A stretch of 64,000 bases of DNA. Origin: a virus (Duplodnaviria > Caudoviricetes). A program made the translations under genes and the position numbers. The stretch is taken from the IMG/VR virus record IMGVR_UViG_2548876794_000003, positions 32,001-96,000 of that record; one strand, 5' to 3'. Numbering within the stretch: position 1 is the first letter of the stretch; every line of letters starts with the position of its first letter. Positions 38,005 through 48,495 of the stretch are shown piece by piece. The notes below the pieces were generated by a model, which ran no database searches, was not told where the DNA came from, and worked only from the letters and a program-made list of their open reading frames with translations.

Positions 38005-41000
38005 ATGCCGAAGAATAAATTATCCGCTATCGAAGTAGAACGATTTAAAGAGATTATGGCAAACCCTGTAATGTGGGCTCGTGCATTCATTCGCACCTTC
38101 AATCCGAAGACGAAAAAGCATGAACCTTGGGTAGCCCGCTGGTATCAAGCAGAAATCTTACTAGATGAATCGGTCAAAAAGGTTGCTAGGTGTGGACGCC
38201 GTACGGGTAAACATTTGCTCTTCATTTGTGAATTGCTGGAAGGTCCAACTCCCTTGGAAGAATCAGCAGCCATGTCCTATAGAAATAGGAAGGGTTCAGA
38301 GACTACGAGCGCAAATGTTTTAATACAACACGAGAGAGGTTATGCCACATGAAATTTGTAGCAGAACGAAAAATCGAAAATCGCGTACTATCAGTAAACA
38401 TTAAATTTGATAGCTACGGTGAAGGCGACTTAACAGATGAACAGGAAAAAGCGTTGGTTAGCGCATTCGGCAATCCTGTCATCTCAGTAGGTGGCGAGTT
38501 TAAAGCGAAGTTTGACGAGAAAGGTCAATTCGTAGAAGATCCAGAAGCAATCGGTGAAGAAGTATCGTTCATTATCGTTAATAAGACGGCAGAGCTTGGC
38601 GAGAATTTCGTAGCGTCATATTCTATTGGGTTAGATAAAGCAGCTGCATACATTAATGAAAAATCTCTATTAAAAGAGGATTACTTACAAGCCGTAGCTC
38701 GCTGTGAGCTTTTCGAAAAAACTATCCAAGATCGCGCGGTTGCCGCAGCTGATAAGTTACAAGCAAAATCAACTGCATTCACAACTGGCTACCCACGCGA
38801 TTTCTTTGCATAAGGAGGACGGATCATGCAACTAAAATACACAAGTAGTATTCGTAAACGCATTATCTGCTTAAATGTAGAGACGACAAACTTCACTACA
38901 AACGAGCGAATCGCCTTAGAAGAATTAGGCGAGCCAGTCATTGAAATGGAGAAAATGTTCAAAGGTAAATATCCTGTGCAATTTTCTAAAACAATTCGTA
39001 CTGGCTTGAAGTTAGCTATCCGCTTCGATGGTCGTGAAAATATTGAAGAAGCATCGCAAGCCGCAAATGAATTTGTAGAGGAATTAGGCGAACTAATCCG
39101 TACAAAAATGAGCGACCTTATGGAAACATACGATGATGTCAATTTTATTTTTGACCGTAAGAATGGATTAACTACCCTATAGATTGTATTAAAAAAGATA
39201 TAGTCCGCCCCTGTTTTTAACAGGGTAGCGAAAACAGAGACCATGTGCGTAAATGGTCTTTACAAGGGGTCCACCCAACCAAACCAACGTATTCTGTATG
39301 TTACGCCATACGAGACGCAAGTACGTTTAATCTTTATGCGTCTAAACGAAATGATTGACGGTAGCCCGCTTCTACAAGAGCAAGTTGCTCGTCGTATCAA
39401 AAACCCATTCATGATTGAATTTAAAAATGGCTCTGCTATCATGGGCTTCACGACAGGTGCTTCGTCTGGTACAGGCGGTGCTTCTATTCGTGGCCAACGT
39501 GCCGATTATATTCACATGGATGAAGTGGATTAACCATATAGTCCACTATAAATAGGGTGAATTGCTGGAAGGTTTGGTGTAAAATCTGCATCAGAATAAT
39601 CAGCAGCCATGCTGTTAGGAGGTTTTATTATGGGAGAACTTATTTTCCTAAATGAACATAATGAAGTAAAAGAAGCGATTGAACACGACAAACAGGACAT
39701 GTTGAATATGCTAGACACAATCCAAAAAGTAGTAGAGGATGGCGAAGCTGTCTCTTTATACATTGGATGTGCGCTAACAGACAATACAAGTATAAGCTGG
39801 TCATCTGGACGTTTTAATTATAACCAACGCGCCAGACTAATTAGTGAATTACATGATGAACAATGTGCTCATGCTTTAGATTTACTTGATGACTAACGGA
39901 GGGTTCAGAGACTATTAATAGCGCCCTACATAGATGATATAGTCCGAAGTGAAAACGTATATGACCGAAGCTGACTTTGATACCGTAACAACAATTGCCG
40001 CTGAACGTAGCGACATCGGTATCTTCTTGTCATCTACTCCAACAGGTGCTCGCTCTAAGTTCTATCAAGCGTGTACCGATAAATCAATGGGCTTCACTGA
40101 ACATTTCCATCCATCAAGCCATAACCCGAACTGGGATGCCACGATGGAAGCTCAATTCAGAGCTCAACTTACGCCGTCTGGTTACACGCATGAAATCGAA
40201 GCAGATTTCGGCGCGCAAGATACCGGTGTATTCAACAAAGATAAGGTCGATAAAGCAATGTCATTCCAAAACTATTACTACAATCCGCTATCTGTTATCC
40301 AGTTGGATCGCGTGAAGCGTGAAGCGGAGAATGGGACCCCGACACCAATTAACAGAGTGTACGATGGTATACCTGTGCCACGAAATACATTCCGTACGAT
40401 GGGCGTCGACTGGGATAAATACCAAGCATCAAGTAGTATATTGATAATGGACTATGACATTGAATCGAAAAAATTCATTGTTGTTAAACGTATTGAAGTA
40501 CCGAAAGCGGAGTATTCATACGATGCAGCAGTTAATTTGATTGTTGAACTAAACGAAATATATAATCCGACATGGATCTACTGTGACCGCGGATCAGGCG
40601 AGTATCAAATAGAACGTCTACATATTATTGGGGAAGAACGTCCAGAGACGGGCCTTAAACATAAAGTGAAGGGCTGGCAGTTTGCTAACAAAATTGACGT
40701 AATGGACCCAGTTACAAAAGAGATGGTTAAAGAGCCAATGAAACCATTCATGGTTAACCAATTGATTATGGCCTTCGAGCGTGAGCAATTGATTCTTTCT
40801 CCATTCGATGAAATCTTACATAAGCAATTAATCGACTATGAAGTAGTGCGCCAGCAACAAAATGGTGCGCCAATTTTCACTTCTGAAAATGAACACTTTG
40901 TCGATACATTAGGTTTGGCTTTCCTTGCATTCGTACTCGAATTTACGGAGCTTACCAATACAATCAAAAAAGTTCGATATGAAATGGCGATGTCATCTAT

Positions 41001-41217
41001 ACAAAAACGCCCTGGTCAAAAACGTGTAGAAACATCGTTACGCCAAGCAGCCGCAAGTGAAACAAGCTTTAGTCAACAAATTGAAGCGGCACACCATGAC
41101 GGCGACCTACCAGGGGATCGTCCTACATGGACGCAAGTACGAAATTCTTCTCGTCGACGCTCTAACGGACGCGGTTGGGGGAGTCGTACAGGCGGCGCAA
41201 CAAGAACTGTTTGGTAA
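38005..41217 (+). CDS. terL: Terminase large subunit, spliced: 38005-38208 + 39231-39530 + 39958-41217 (587 aa)
   Basis: Splicing restores Walker A CGRRTG|KTETM and Walker B IHMDEVD|YM in frame; also WYQ Q-motif, SSTP motif III, nuclease MGVDW and EHFVDTL. Confidence 0.92.
38349..38813 (+). CDS. Intron-encoded hypothetical protein 1 (no homing-endonuclease motif)
   Basis: 154 aa, GAGAGG RBS, inside the P8 loop. Confidence 0.8.
   Translation: MKFVAERKIENRVLSVNIKFDSYGEGDLTDEQEKALVSAFGNPVISVGGEFKAKFDEKGQFVEDPEAIGEEVSFIIVNKTAELGENFVASYSIGLDKAAAYINEKSLLKEDYLQAVARCELFEKTIQDRAVAAADKLQAKSTAFTTGYPRDFFA
38826..39182 (+). CDS. Intron-encoded hypothetical protein 2, paralog of protein 1
   Basis: 118 aa, AAGGAGG RBS, inside the P8 loop. 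Confidence 0.8.
   Translation: MQLKYTSSIRKRIICLNVETTNFTTNERIALEELGEPVIEMEKMFKGKYPVQFSKTIRTGLKLAIRFDGRENIEEASQAANEFVEELGELIRTKMSDLMETYDDVNFIFDRKNGLTTL
39531..39957 (+). ncRNA. Group I intron 2 in terL (427 nt), ORF in the P6 loop
   Basis: P1 GTGGAT|..GTCCAC with U.G at the splice site, P10 CATATA/TATATG, P3 TAGGGTG/CGCCCTA, P/Q/R/S nearly identical to intron 1, terminal G 39957. Confidence 0.92.
39630..39896 (+). CDS. Intron-encoded 88-aa acidic hypothetical protein
   Basis: AGGAGG RBS at 39617-39622, overlapping the P6a stem CTGTTAG/CTAACGG. Confidence 0.75.
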   Translation: MGELIFLNEHNEVKEAIEHDKQDMLNMLDTIQKVVEDGEAVSLYIGCALTDNTSISWSSGRFNYNQRARLISELHDEQCAHALDLLDD

Positions 41218-41286
41218 AAATATAGCCTTTTTATCCTCTTAGCTGTAAAATGCTAAGGGGATTTTTCAATAAGGAGGACTTTTCAC

Positions 41287-43128
41287 ATGGCAGACTACAA
41301 CGAGCAACCGATTAACTACAAACCAAAGATTGAGTATAGTCGTGATTACTATACAGACGGCTATGTTCCATACAGTGACGAACCTGTAGAAACTATACCG
41401 TTAAACCCAGACGGTGATTTGTTCGAAGATGAACGTAAAGAGATTCTTGATAAAATCGAAAAGATTGAAAAGCTGTTAGATATTGCGCCGGAAGATGTAC
41501 GAAAGATATTGACACCTTCCTTGCAATACTATAAAAGAGATTTGTCTAGCGACAAGTGGCACGTTCCAGATGAAAGTGAGTTTGTAAGGAATGATGAAAC
41601 AACGTCAGATGATATGCCAACACCAGATGATGATATGGATGACTACACTCCAAACGCTGACATCTCAGACGACATACCAAAACTTTTTCCAGATGACATC
41701 GAACTGGATAAAGAACTTGGAGATGTAGAGCCTTTCGTTAAAGCGGCCATCAAAAAGCGTTTAGACGACACGAAGGTAATTTATCAAGATTACGTGGACA
41801 GTTTGTATCGTTCATTGTCTCGATTCTGGAAAGATAATATGTCGGTCGCTATTCCAGCTGGCGTTGGTTCTATAAAAGAACTTCAAATGCACTATATACT
41901 TTCTGGCCAAAGCATTCCTAATACACTGAAACATGTATCGGATAGTATCACGCGGAGCCAAATCAAGCGTAAACAAAACACGTTATTCTTTACTAAGATT
42001 TACAACATCGACAAAACGATTGCGCATCTACGACAAAATGATGCAGCGCAAACATTACGTGATGCTTACTACGAAGGTCGTGACAAAGCGAAATCTTACG
42101 GTGATTCAATCTCAGGGGATGACTGGCGTAATTCAAAATACATTACTGCCAACGATTACTTAGACACACATCAAAACCAAGAGCTTGCTAGGGCAAGGCA
42201 TGAATACGACGAGAAGTATTTCAAAGCAACGAAAAATTTCTATAAATATTTAATGAGCTCTTGTACTTTAACAGATGGTATTTTACGTGCTTACACGAAC
42301 GAAGCTACGAGTAAAGCAGTTCTTATGCGAAACGGTATAGACATCAACAAACATGTCGAAGAAGAAGCCAAGCTAAAAGAGCACGAAGCTAAGGCACTAA
42401 AGAAAACGACCGAAGCGCGTATTGAGAAGTCCATCTCAAATGAAGCGGAACGAGTAGAGAAAATTAAGTCCGCTATTAAGAAGAGTGACGAAGATGTCGC
42501 AAAGTTCTTTAGTGACTTTGCAGATCCAGCCGATTTCACAGGTGCAACATCATCATCTGACAACAGCAAGGGTGAAAGCAATAGCTCAGATAATTACGAT
42601 GTTTCATATGAGGATGGCAAACAATCGAAGAAGGCTCAGAAGATAATTGACTTTGCCCTGAAATATTACAAGGAGAACAAATCCAAAATTTATTACAATA
42701 ACAATTCCGCAAAAGGTCGGGGCAAGAAACGTGCCGACGGTAAATTAGGAATGGATTGTACTTTATTTACATACCTAGTAATGAAAGAAGCCCTTGGTAT
42801 CAATACTGGCGAAATAAAATCTGTAGGCCAACAATTAAATATGCCAGGTGGTAAGCGAATTTATGTCGGAGGAAAAATAGATAAAATGATGCCGGGCGAC
42901 ATTTGTTATCAAGTTGCTGGCAAAACTGGTTATCAAGGACATCCAGCAAGTGTCAACATTGACGGGCATAGTATGAGCAAGTCATGGTCGCATGTGTATA
43001 TCTATCTTGGTGATCATAAGTGCGTAGAATGCACGAAGTGGAGTGGAGCAGGTGTGGATGGACTTCATTATCAAGAAAGATTTAAAGACACGTACGCTTC
43101 GACCACCATGTTCGTACGACGCTTTTAA
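41287..43128 (+). CDS. Protein with C-terminal NlpC/P60 peptidase domain
   Basis: GMDCTLFT..MPGDIC..SHVYIYLG..VEC. Confidence 0.75.
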   Translation: MADYNEQPINYKPKIEYSRDYYTDGYVPYSDEPVETIPLNPDGDLFEDERKEILDKIEKIEKLLDIAPEDVRKILTPSLQYYKRDLSSDKWHVPDESEFVRNDETTSDDMPTPDDDMDDYTPNADISDDIPKLFPDDIELDKELGDVEPFVKAAIKKRLDDTKVIYQDYVDSLYRSLSRFWKDNMSVAIPAGVGSIKELQMHYILSGQSIPNTLKHVSDSITRSQIKRKQNTLFFTKIYNIDKTIAHLRQNDAAQTLRDAYYEGRDKAKSYGDSISGDDWRNSKYITANDYLDTHQNQELARARHEYDEKYFKATKNFYKYLMSSCTLTDGILRAYTNEATSKAVLMRNGIDINKHVEEEAKLKEHEAKALKKTTEARIEKSISNEAERVEKIKSAIKKSDEDVAKFFSDFADPADFTGATSSSDNSKGESNSSDNYDVSYEDGKQSKKAQKIIDFALKYYKENKSKIYYNNNSAKGRGKKRADGKLGMDCTLFTYLVMKEALGINTGEIKSVGQQLNMPGGKRIYVGGKIDKMMPGDICYQVAGKTGYQGHPASVNIDGHSMSKSWSHVYIYLGDHKCVECTKWSGAGVDGLHYQERFKDTYASTTMFVRRF

Positions 43129-43154
43129 TACATTAAAAAATAGGGGGACAGTAT

Positions 43155-45325
43155 ATGTTTTCATTTTCTAAGAAAGAAGAAAAGAAATTGAGTAGTACCA
43201 GTATTCATAGTTCTAGTTTACAAAACCTAGTAGCGAAAGCTGTTGGTCTTATCCGTAGACAAGGCGAGGACCGCAATCAATTCGTCTATCCCGAATACGA
43301 CCTTGAAGAAATCAAGACAGCAATCGAGGCAGATTCATACATAAAACAAGCCGTTACAAAATATACATACTTAATTTATAAAGCTGGCGTGAAGCTGGAC
43401 AGCGAAAACAAAGAAGCAATTCAATACGTGAAGAAACGTTTGAAAATTATTAGTTACGCAACAGACAAGCCATTCGAATTGTTGATGCAGGAAATCGCGG
43501 ATGACCTATATCGCTTTAGCAATGCGTTTCTTGTGAAGTCCCGACAAGAGTGGTCCATCGTTTCGTTAAAAGCTGAACCAATTGGTGGTAGCACATTCCA
43601 ACCTGTATCTGGTTACTTCCGTATTGATCCCGCTTCCGTTTCAATAAAGCGCGACGAAAATGGCGTCATCAAAGAATACCGTCAAATCGTTGACGGCAAA
43701 GAGAAAATCTTCAAACCAGAAAACGTTGTACATATGTATTTTGACAGAGGTCCAAATGACGCCTTCGGTATGCCACGTATTGCAGCAGCATTAGAAGATG
43801 TTAAGTTGCTTCGTAAAATCGAGGGGAATGTTATTAGCTTAATCTATCGCTTTTCACTACCAATCTATCATTGGCGTGTGGGGGCGACTGGGGTAGGGCA
43901 GTCTGGTACACAAAGCGAAATTGATAAGCTTCGTATGGAACTAGAACGAATGGCAGACGATGGTTCAATCATTACCAATGAACGTGTTGATGTAGCCACA
44001 ATCGGAGCGGAGGGTTCGGCTATCGACGTCACGAACTATCTAAATTATTTCGAGCGACGCGTGTTCACTGCATTAAGTGTGTCGGATTCACAAATGGGGC
44101 GAGGCACAACCGCTGGAGATGCTGACGCAATGGAGAGTCGAGCACATGATGTCATTAAGTTTGTTCAACGAATCATTTCTATTTTCGTGGAGAACGAAAT
44201 TATCAATGAACTTTTACTAGAAGGTGGCTTTGATCCAATACTGAGCGAAGACGATGCAGTTAATTACATCTTTAATGAAATTGCACTTGATACACGTATC
44301 AAATTAGAAAATCATGAAATGCTTAAATATCAATCTAACTTAACTACACTTGAAGAAGCTCGTCGTGCGATTGGTAAAAAAGAAGAAGTAGATGAAGAAC
44401 GTCTATACGCTCGTCTTATTACAGACCAATCATCTGCGAATACGATTGAAAAACAAACAGAAAGCTCTGTACAAATTCTCCAAGAGCAGGCAAAAGTAGA
44501 TGCAGCTGCAGCAGAGAAGGCTGCTCAAACTGCTGAGAAGATTGCTGATAAAACAGCTAAGGCAGCGGCACAACAAGGAACCGTCCAAAATAACCAAAAT
44601 AAAAATAATGGCAATGGTAAAGTGGCGAGCAATACACCGAACAACGACATTGCTACACGTAACCGCCCAACGAATCAACATGGCACAACTTCTGTAAATG
44701 TGAAAGAAGCGGATGATGGAGAGCTGATTGCCCAAAAAAGATTAGAAAAAATAAAAAAGATTTTCAATCTGTATATAATAAGTTCGATTTAATGCGTACT
44801 GATTTAGTGAAGCATCAAAATAAGGGCTTCGATGATTTCGATGAAATTATTAAAATCAGTAAAGATGCACTCTTAAAAGAAATTAATGCGTTAATTGAAA
44901 ATGCATCGCATACTGGTTCTACTCGTTGCATCAACGACCACAAGCTCAAAGAACGCTACTCGATTAAAGCGTTGACTATGAGTGAAGCTAAGAAGCATGC
45001 ACGAGAAAAGGTTTCAACTTTATTGAACGACATCCAATCGCTTATCAAAAAAGGCGAAGACGTTCAAGCTGTTTTTTCATCTCTGGAATATCGTTTACGT
45101 TTCCTTATGGAATACATCATTCCTAAAACGTATTGGTACAGCTATGCACAAACAGCGAGACAGCTCGGCACTAAAAAGATTTACGTGCAATTCGGTGACA
45201 GTGAAGATCGTGAAGAACACGAAGCAACTATCGACACAGCCCGCGTTGATTTCAATGAAATCCCCGCTTATCACTCGTACTGTAGCTGTCGTTTAAGTTT
45301 AAAAAAGGAAGGAGTAACTGCGTAA
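43155..45325 (+). CDS. Portal protein followed by MuF/gp7-like head morphogenesis domain (frameshift near 44746-44759)
   Basis: Portal motifs (NAFL, VVHM..FGMPRI); the -1 frame runs KKDFQSVYNKFDL into ORF 44792-45325, which ends PAYHSYCSC (HPxCxC-like). Confidence 0.8.
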
Positions 45326-46714
45326 ATGGATTTCAAAGAATATGAAGGATTCAAACCAATTGACAGTACAGTCGTTGGAAAGATGAATTTCACAGAAGCC
45401 GACAAACAAGTAGCGGCAGAAAATGCTATTAAATTACCGAACAAAGGATTAATTGTTGAGATTGAAGCAATTCATGAATCTGTAACGAGTAACTTTACTC
45501 GTTATACAAAAGAAAGCATGAAGCAAGGTCTACCATCATGGACAGCACCGTACGCTAAACCAGTCATCCTACATCACAACGAGAAAGACGGGAAAGTCAT
45601 CGGACGTGTACTGTCTGCAGAATACAGAGAGAATGGTGAAGCGGGACTGCCTTGTGTCGTTATTCAAGCCGTCATCTATGATGAAGATGCGATTGAACAA
45701 GTACTCGATGGCAGATTATTAACAACTTCAATCGGTGTGCGAGTGAACGATGTAAGATGCTCAATTTGTGATCATCACATTATTTCTGAGAAGGATGGCT
45801 GTCCTCACCACGCTCGTGGAACATTCTATAATGGACAGCTTTGCACATGGGATATGAATGACATGTATGTTAAGGAAATTTCATATGTCGTTGTACCTAG
45901 TGATAAGTTCTCAAAAAATACTCGCATTTTGGAAAACAATAGTGTAAAATCTGTGACGTTCTCAGAGAGTGCAAATTTTAACAACCTAGAGGGAGGTTCA
46001 AACATGGTACAAAAAACGTCAGAGGATCTAGGTAATCAACAACCTACGACTTCTACACCAGCTCCAGCGACAAGCGTTGAACCGCAAACATCTGTTAGCT
46101 TCACTGAAAGCGAACAGTATAAAGCGGATCAACAAACAATCATGGAACTGAAAGAAAGTGCGAACAACGAAACTCAACTTCGTCAACGCGCTGAACAACA
46201 AGTTGTGTCAAAAGAAACGGAACTGCGCTCCGTACTTCTTGACTCACTTAACGGCATCTCAATTGCTAACGGCAAAGGGGAACTGAACCGTAGCAAATTT
46301 GAAAACCGTACAATTGAATCTTTAAAAGACCGTCTTGCTGACGAGCTTGAAGAATTAACAATGAACGGTATTCAAAAAGAGGAGCCTGCAGAGCATGAAC
46401 CCGAAACAACTTCGGAAAATCCTGCCGGTGAAAATGTGCAAACATTAGAACCTGTGCAACGTGGTGTATACGCTGAATCTGCCAACGACAATTCGAAAGA
46501 AGATCCAGCAACAAAAACAACACAAGAAGAACCAGTGAACACTAGCGGTATCGCTGTAAAAGAAAGTGCTGCTAACATTTCTAAAGCAGAGAATCCTACT
46601 ATTGCAGTTGAATCAACTAAAACAACTGGTATCAAAATCATGTCTAACATGGAACTTGAAGAAGCGGCAGCTAACATCTTTAGTAACGTTGCATCTCAAC
46701 ATATCAAATACTAA
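45326..46714 (+). CDS. Prohead protease with C-terminal scaffold region
   Basis: PVILHHN..VIGRV..TTSIG..CSIC..EISYVVVPSD; position between portal and capsid. Confidence 0.8.
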   Translation: MDFKEYEGFKPIDSTVVGKMNFTEADKQVAAENAIKLPNKGLIVEIEAIHESVTSNFTRYTKESMKQGLPSWTAPYAKPVILHHNEKDGKVIGRVLSAEYRENGEAGLPCVVIQAVIYDEDAIEQVLDGRLLTTSIGVRVNDVRCSICDHHIISEKDGCPHHARGTFYNGQLCTWDMNDMYVKEISYVVVPSDKFSKNTRILENNSVKSVTFSESANFNNLEGGSNMVQKTSEDLGNQQPTTSTPAPATSVEPQTSVSFTESEQYKADQQTIMELKESANNETQLRQRAEQQVVSKETELRSVLLDSLNGISIANGKGELNRSKFENRTIESLKDRLADELEELTMNGIQKEEPAEHEPETTSENPAGENVQTLEPVQRGVYAESANDNSKEDPATKTTQEEPVNTSGIAVKESAANISKAENPTIAVESTKTTGIKIMSNMELEEAAANIFSNVASQHIKY

Positions 46715-46735
46715 TCACAGGAGTGAAAATTAAAC

Positions 46736-48334
46736 ATGGCTATTAATCCAAGTAATTACACAGGTCAACAATTCCTACAACCAGGGGGCCGCGGCGAAAC
46801 ATTCCAAGCGAATTTACCGGGCTACCGTAACGAAACTGACCGCATCAATCGTACAAATACAAAATTAAATGCATCTGAGCATGACATTTTAAACATCAAA
46901 TATCAAATGGATGACCGCTTACCAGTATTATTCACATATGGTTATGGCTATGGTTACAACCAAATGGTAATGCCGCGTGGTCGTATCGTTGCAATCGATC
47001 CAACAATGGATTTAACAGACTTCGACATGAAGAAACAACACAACACATTAACATTAGCAAACGGTGGTGTTCCTGTTCGTTTACGTCAAATGGGTGATAA
47101 ATACGATACATTCGTAGACGCTAAAGAAACTGATATTATCGAAGTAGCAGCACAAGGCGCTGACATGAGTGGTATCGGTAAAGAATGGACTCCAGTAACA
47201 GCTGGTACATATAATGCTCGTGGCTTCGAAGGATTCAAAGTCGGCGGAGCATTAAAACAATTAACTGATGGCGGATTCAAAGTCGATGCTGACACTGGTC
47301 GAATCGTAAATGGCGCTGGTGTTCCTGTAGCAGTTCGCGCTGGTAACATTCCAGTAGGTATGATTATGCGTAATGAATACACTCGTGATGACGATGCATT
47401 CAACGGTATGATGCCGGGTGCAATCGCAACGGATAAATTAGTTGAGTTACCTTGGTTCGCATACAAGAACAAAGCTGAACTAAACCCATGGTCATCTGTA
47501 TACGGAAACTTATTCCCGGGTGCTTTATTAAAACCAGACGAAAACGGTCGTATCACAATCTCTCCATTATCATATGAAGAAGCAGTAGCGGCTATGACAA
47601 TCTCTGAATACGAAGCTGAACGTCAACAAGTTATCGGTCAAGTATACGAAGCTTCTAACAACTTACTTCCAGAAGGTGCTGCTCGTTTCGCAACTTGGGC
47701 ATTAGAGGACCGCATGAACTTTGCTGAATTCAATCCAGCTGTTTGGTATCAAAATGGTCGTCGTGGTGAAGATGCAATTGCTCGCTCTCCATTCCGTTCT
47801 AACAACGAATACCCTGGTTATCCATATGATCCTGCATTCCGCGAAAATGACTTACACATGAACGGTGGCACAAACACTTTAGATGTTTATAGCACACGCA
47901 TGAACGCAGAGCATCAATTCGAGAACCTTGGCATCCCAGGTCTTACAGATGGTCAAAACGTAGCTGACCGTACATTACCATTAACACACGCTGGCATGAT
48001 TGCTGCAGGTGAAACAGCTGAAACACAAATCGACTTCTTCCTACGTACAGCTGACGTAAATGTTCACGACATCCAAATCAAAGTCGGTGCATTGGATGCT
48101 GTTCCAGCTACAGAAGGCGCATTAATTGGCGACACTGGCTTGAAAATTGTCTATGCTGACGACCTACAAGGTATCGTTCAATTAAAAGTTGTAGACTTCG
48201 AGAAGTTTAAAGTATTTGGTGCTCAACCAACAGAAGTGAAACTTAGCTACTCTAAACGTGGTCTTGCTGGTGTTCCAACATTCCTTGACTGGGACGGCGC
48301 AATCGGTACAATCAAAGTCTTACTTACTAAATAA
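46736..48334 (+). CDS. Head structural/decoration protein
   Basis: 532 aa with strongly biased codons, immediately upstream of the MCP. Confidence 0.6.
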   Translation: MAINPSNYTGQQFLQPGGRGETFQANLPGYRNETDRINRTNTKLNASEHDILNIKYQMDDRLPVLFTYGYGYGYNQMVMPRGRIVAIDPTMDLTDFDMKKQHNTLTLANGGVPVRLRQMGDKYDTFVDAKETDIIEVAAQGADMSGIGKEWTPVTAGTYNARGFEGFKVGGALKQLTDGGFKVDADTGRIVNGAGVPVAVRAGNIPVGMIMRNEYTRDDDAFNGMMPGAIATDKLVELPWFAYKNKAELNPWSSVYGNLFPGALLKPDENGRITISPLSYEEAVAAMTISEYEAERQQVIGQVYEASNNLLPEGAARFATWALEDRMNFAEFNPAVWYQNGRRGEDAIARSPFRSNNEYPGYPYDPAFRENDLHMNGGTNTLDVYSTRMNAEHQFENLGIPGLTDGQNVADRTLPLTHAGMIAAGETAETQIDFFLRTADVNVHDIQIKVGALDAVPATEGALIGDTGLKIVYADDLQGIVQLKVVDFEKFKVFGAQPTEVKLSYSKRGLAGVPTFLDWDGAIGTIKVLLTK

Positions 48335-48374
48335 CATACTCATACATATCTAACTTTACAGGGCTCCTTGTAAA

Positions 48375-48430
48375 GTGTCTTGCATACATTTATCATCGCA
48401 TACTTGTATGCAAGCATACATAACATAACT
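48375..48430. promoter_or_regulatory. GCATAC octamer cluster upstream of the MCP
   Basis: TTGTATGCAAGCATACAT at 48404-48421 is identical to 16939-16956. Confidence 0.55.
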
Positions 48431-48495
48431 TAAAAAACATAAAAACAGGGAAGGGGAATAAAATCCCTTCCTATTATATAGGAGGAAATTCAATC

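Larger units (their letters stand above)
38209..39230 (+). ncRNA. Group I intron 1 in terL (1022 nt), two ORFs in the P8 loop
   Basis: Exon ends in U, intron ends in G; P3 CATTTGTG/CGCAAATG, P AATTGCTGGAA, Q AATCAGCAGCC, R GGTTCAGAGACTAC, P8 TTTTAATACAA/TTGTATTAAAA, S AAGATATAGTCC, P9 CCCTGTT/AACAGGG. Confidence 0.92.

Noticed and set aside
38005-41217. Three independent terminase-fragment genes, or inteins
   Set aside because: Interruptions contain stops and full group I cores with U/G splice boundaries; no intein motifs
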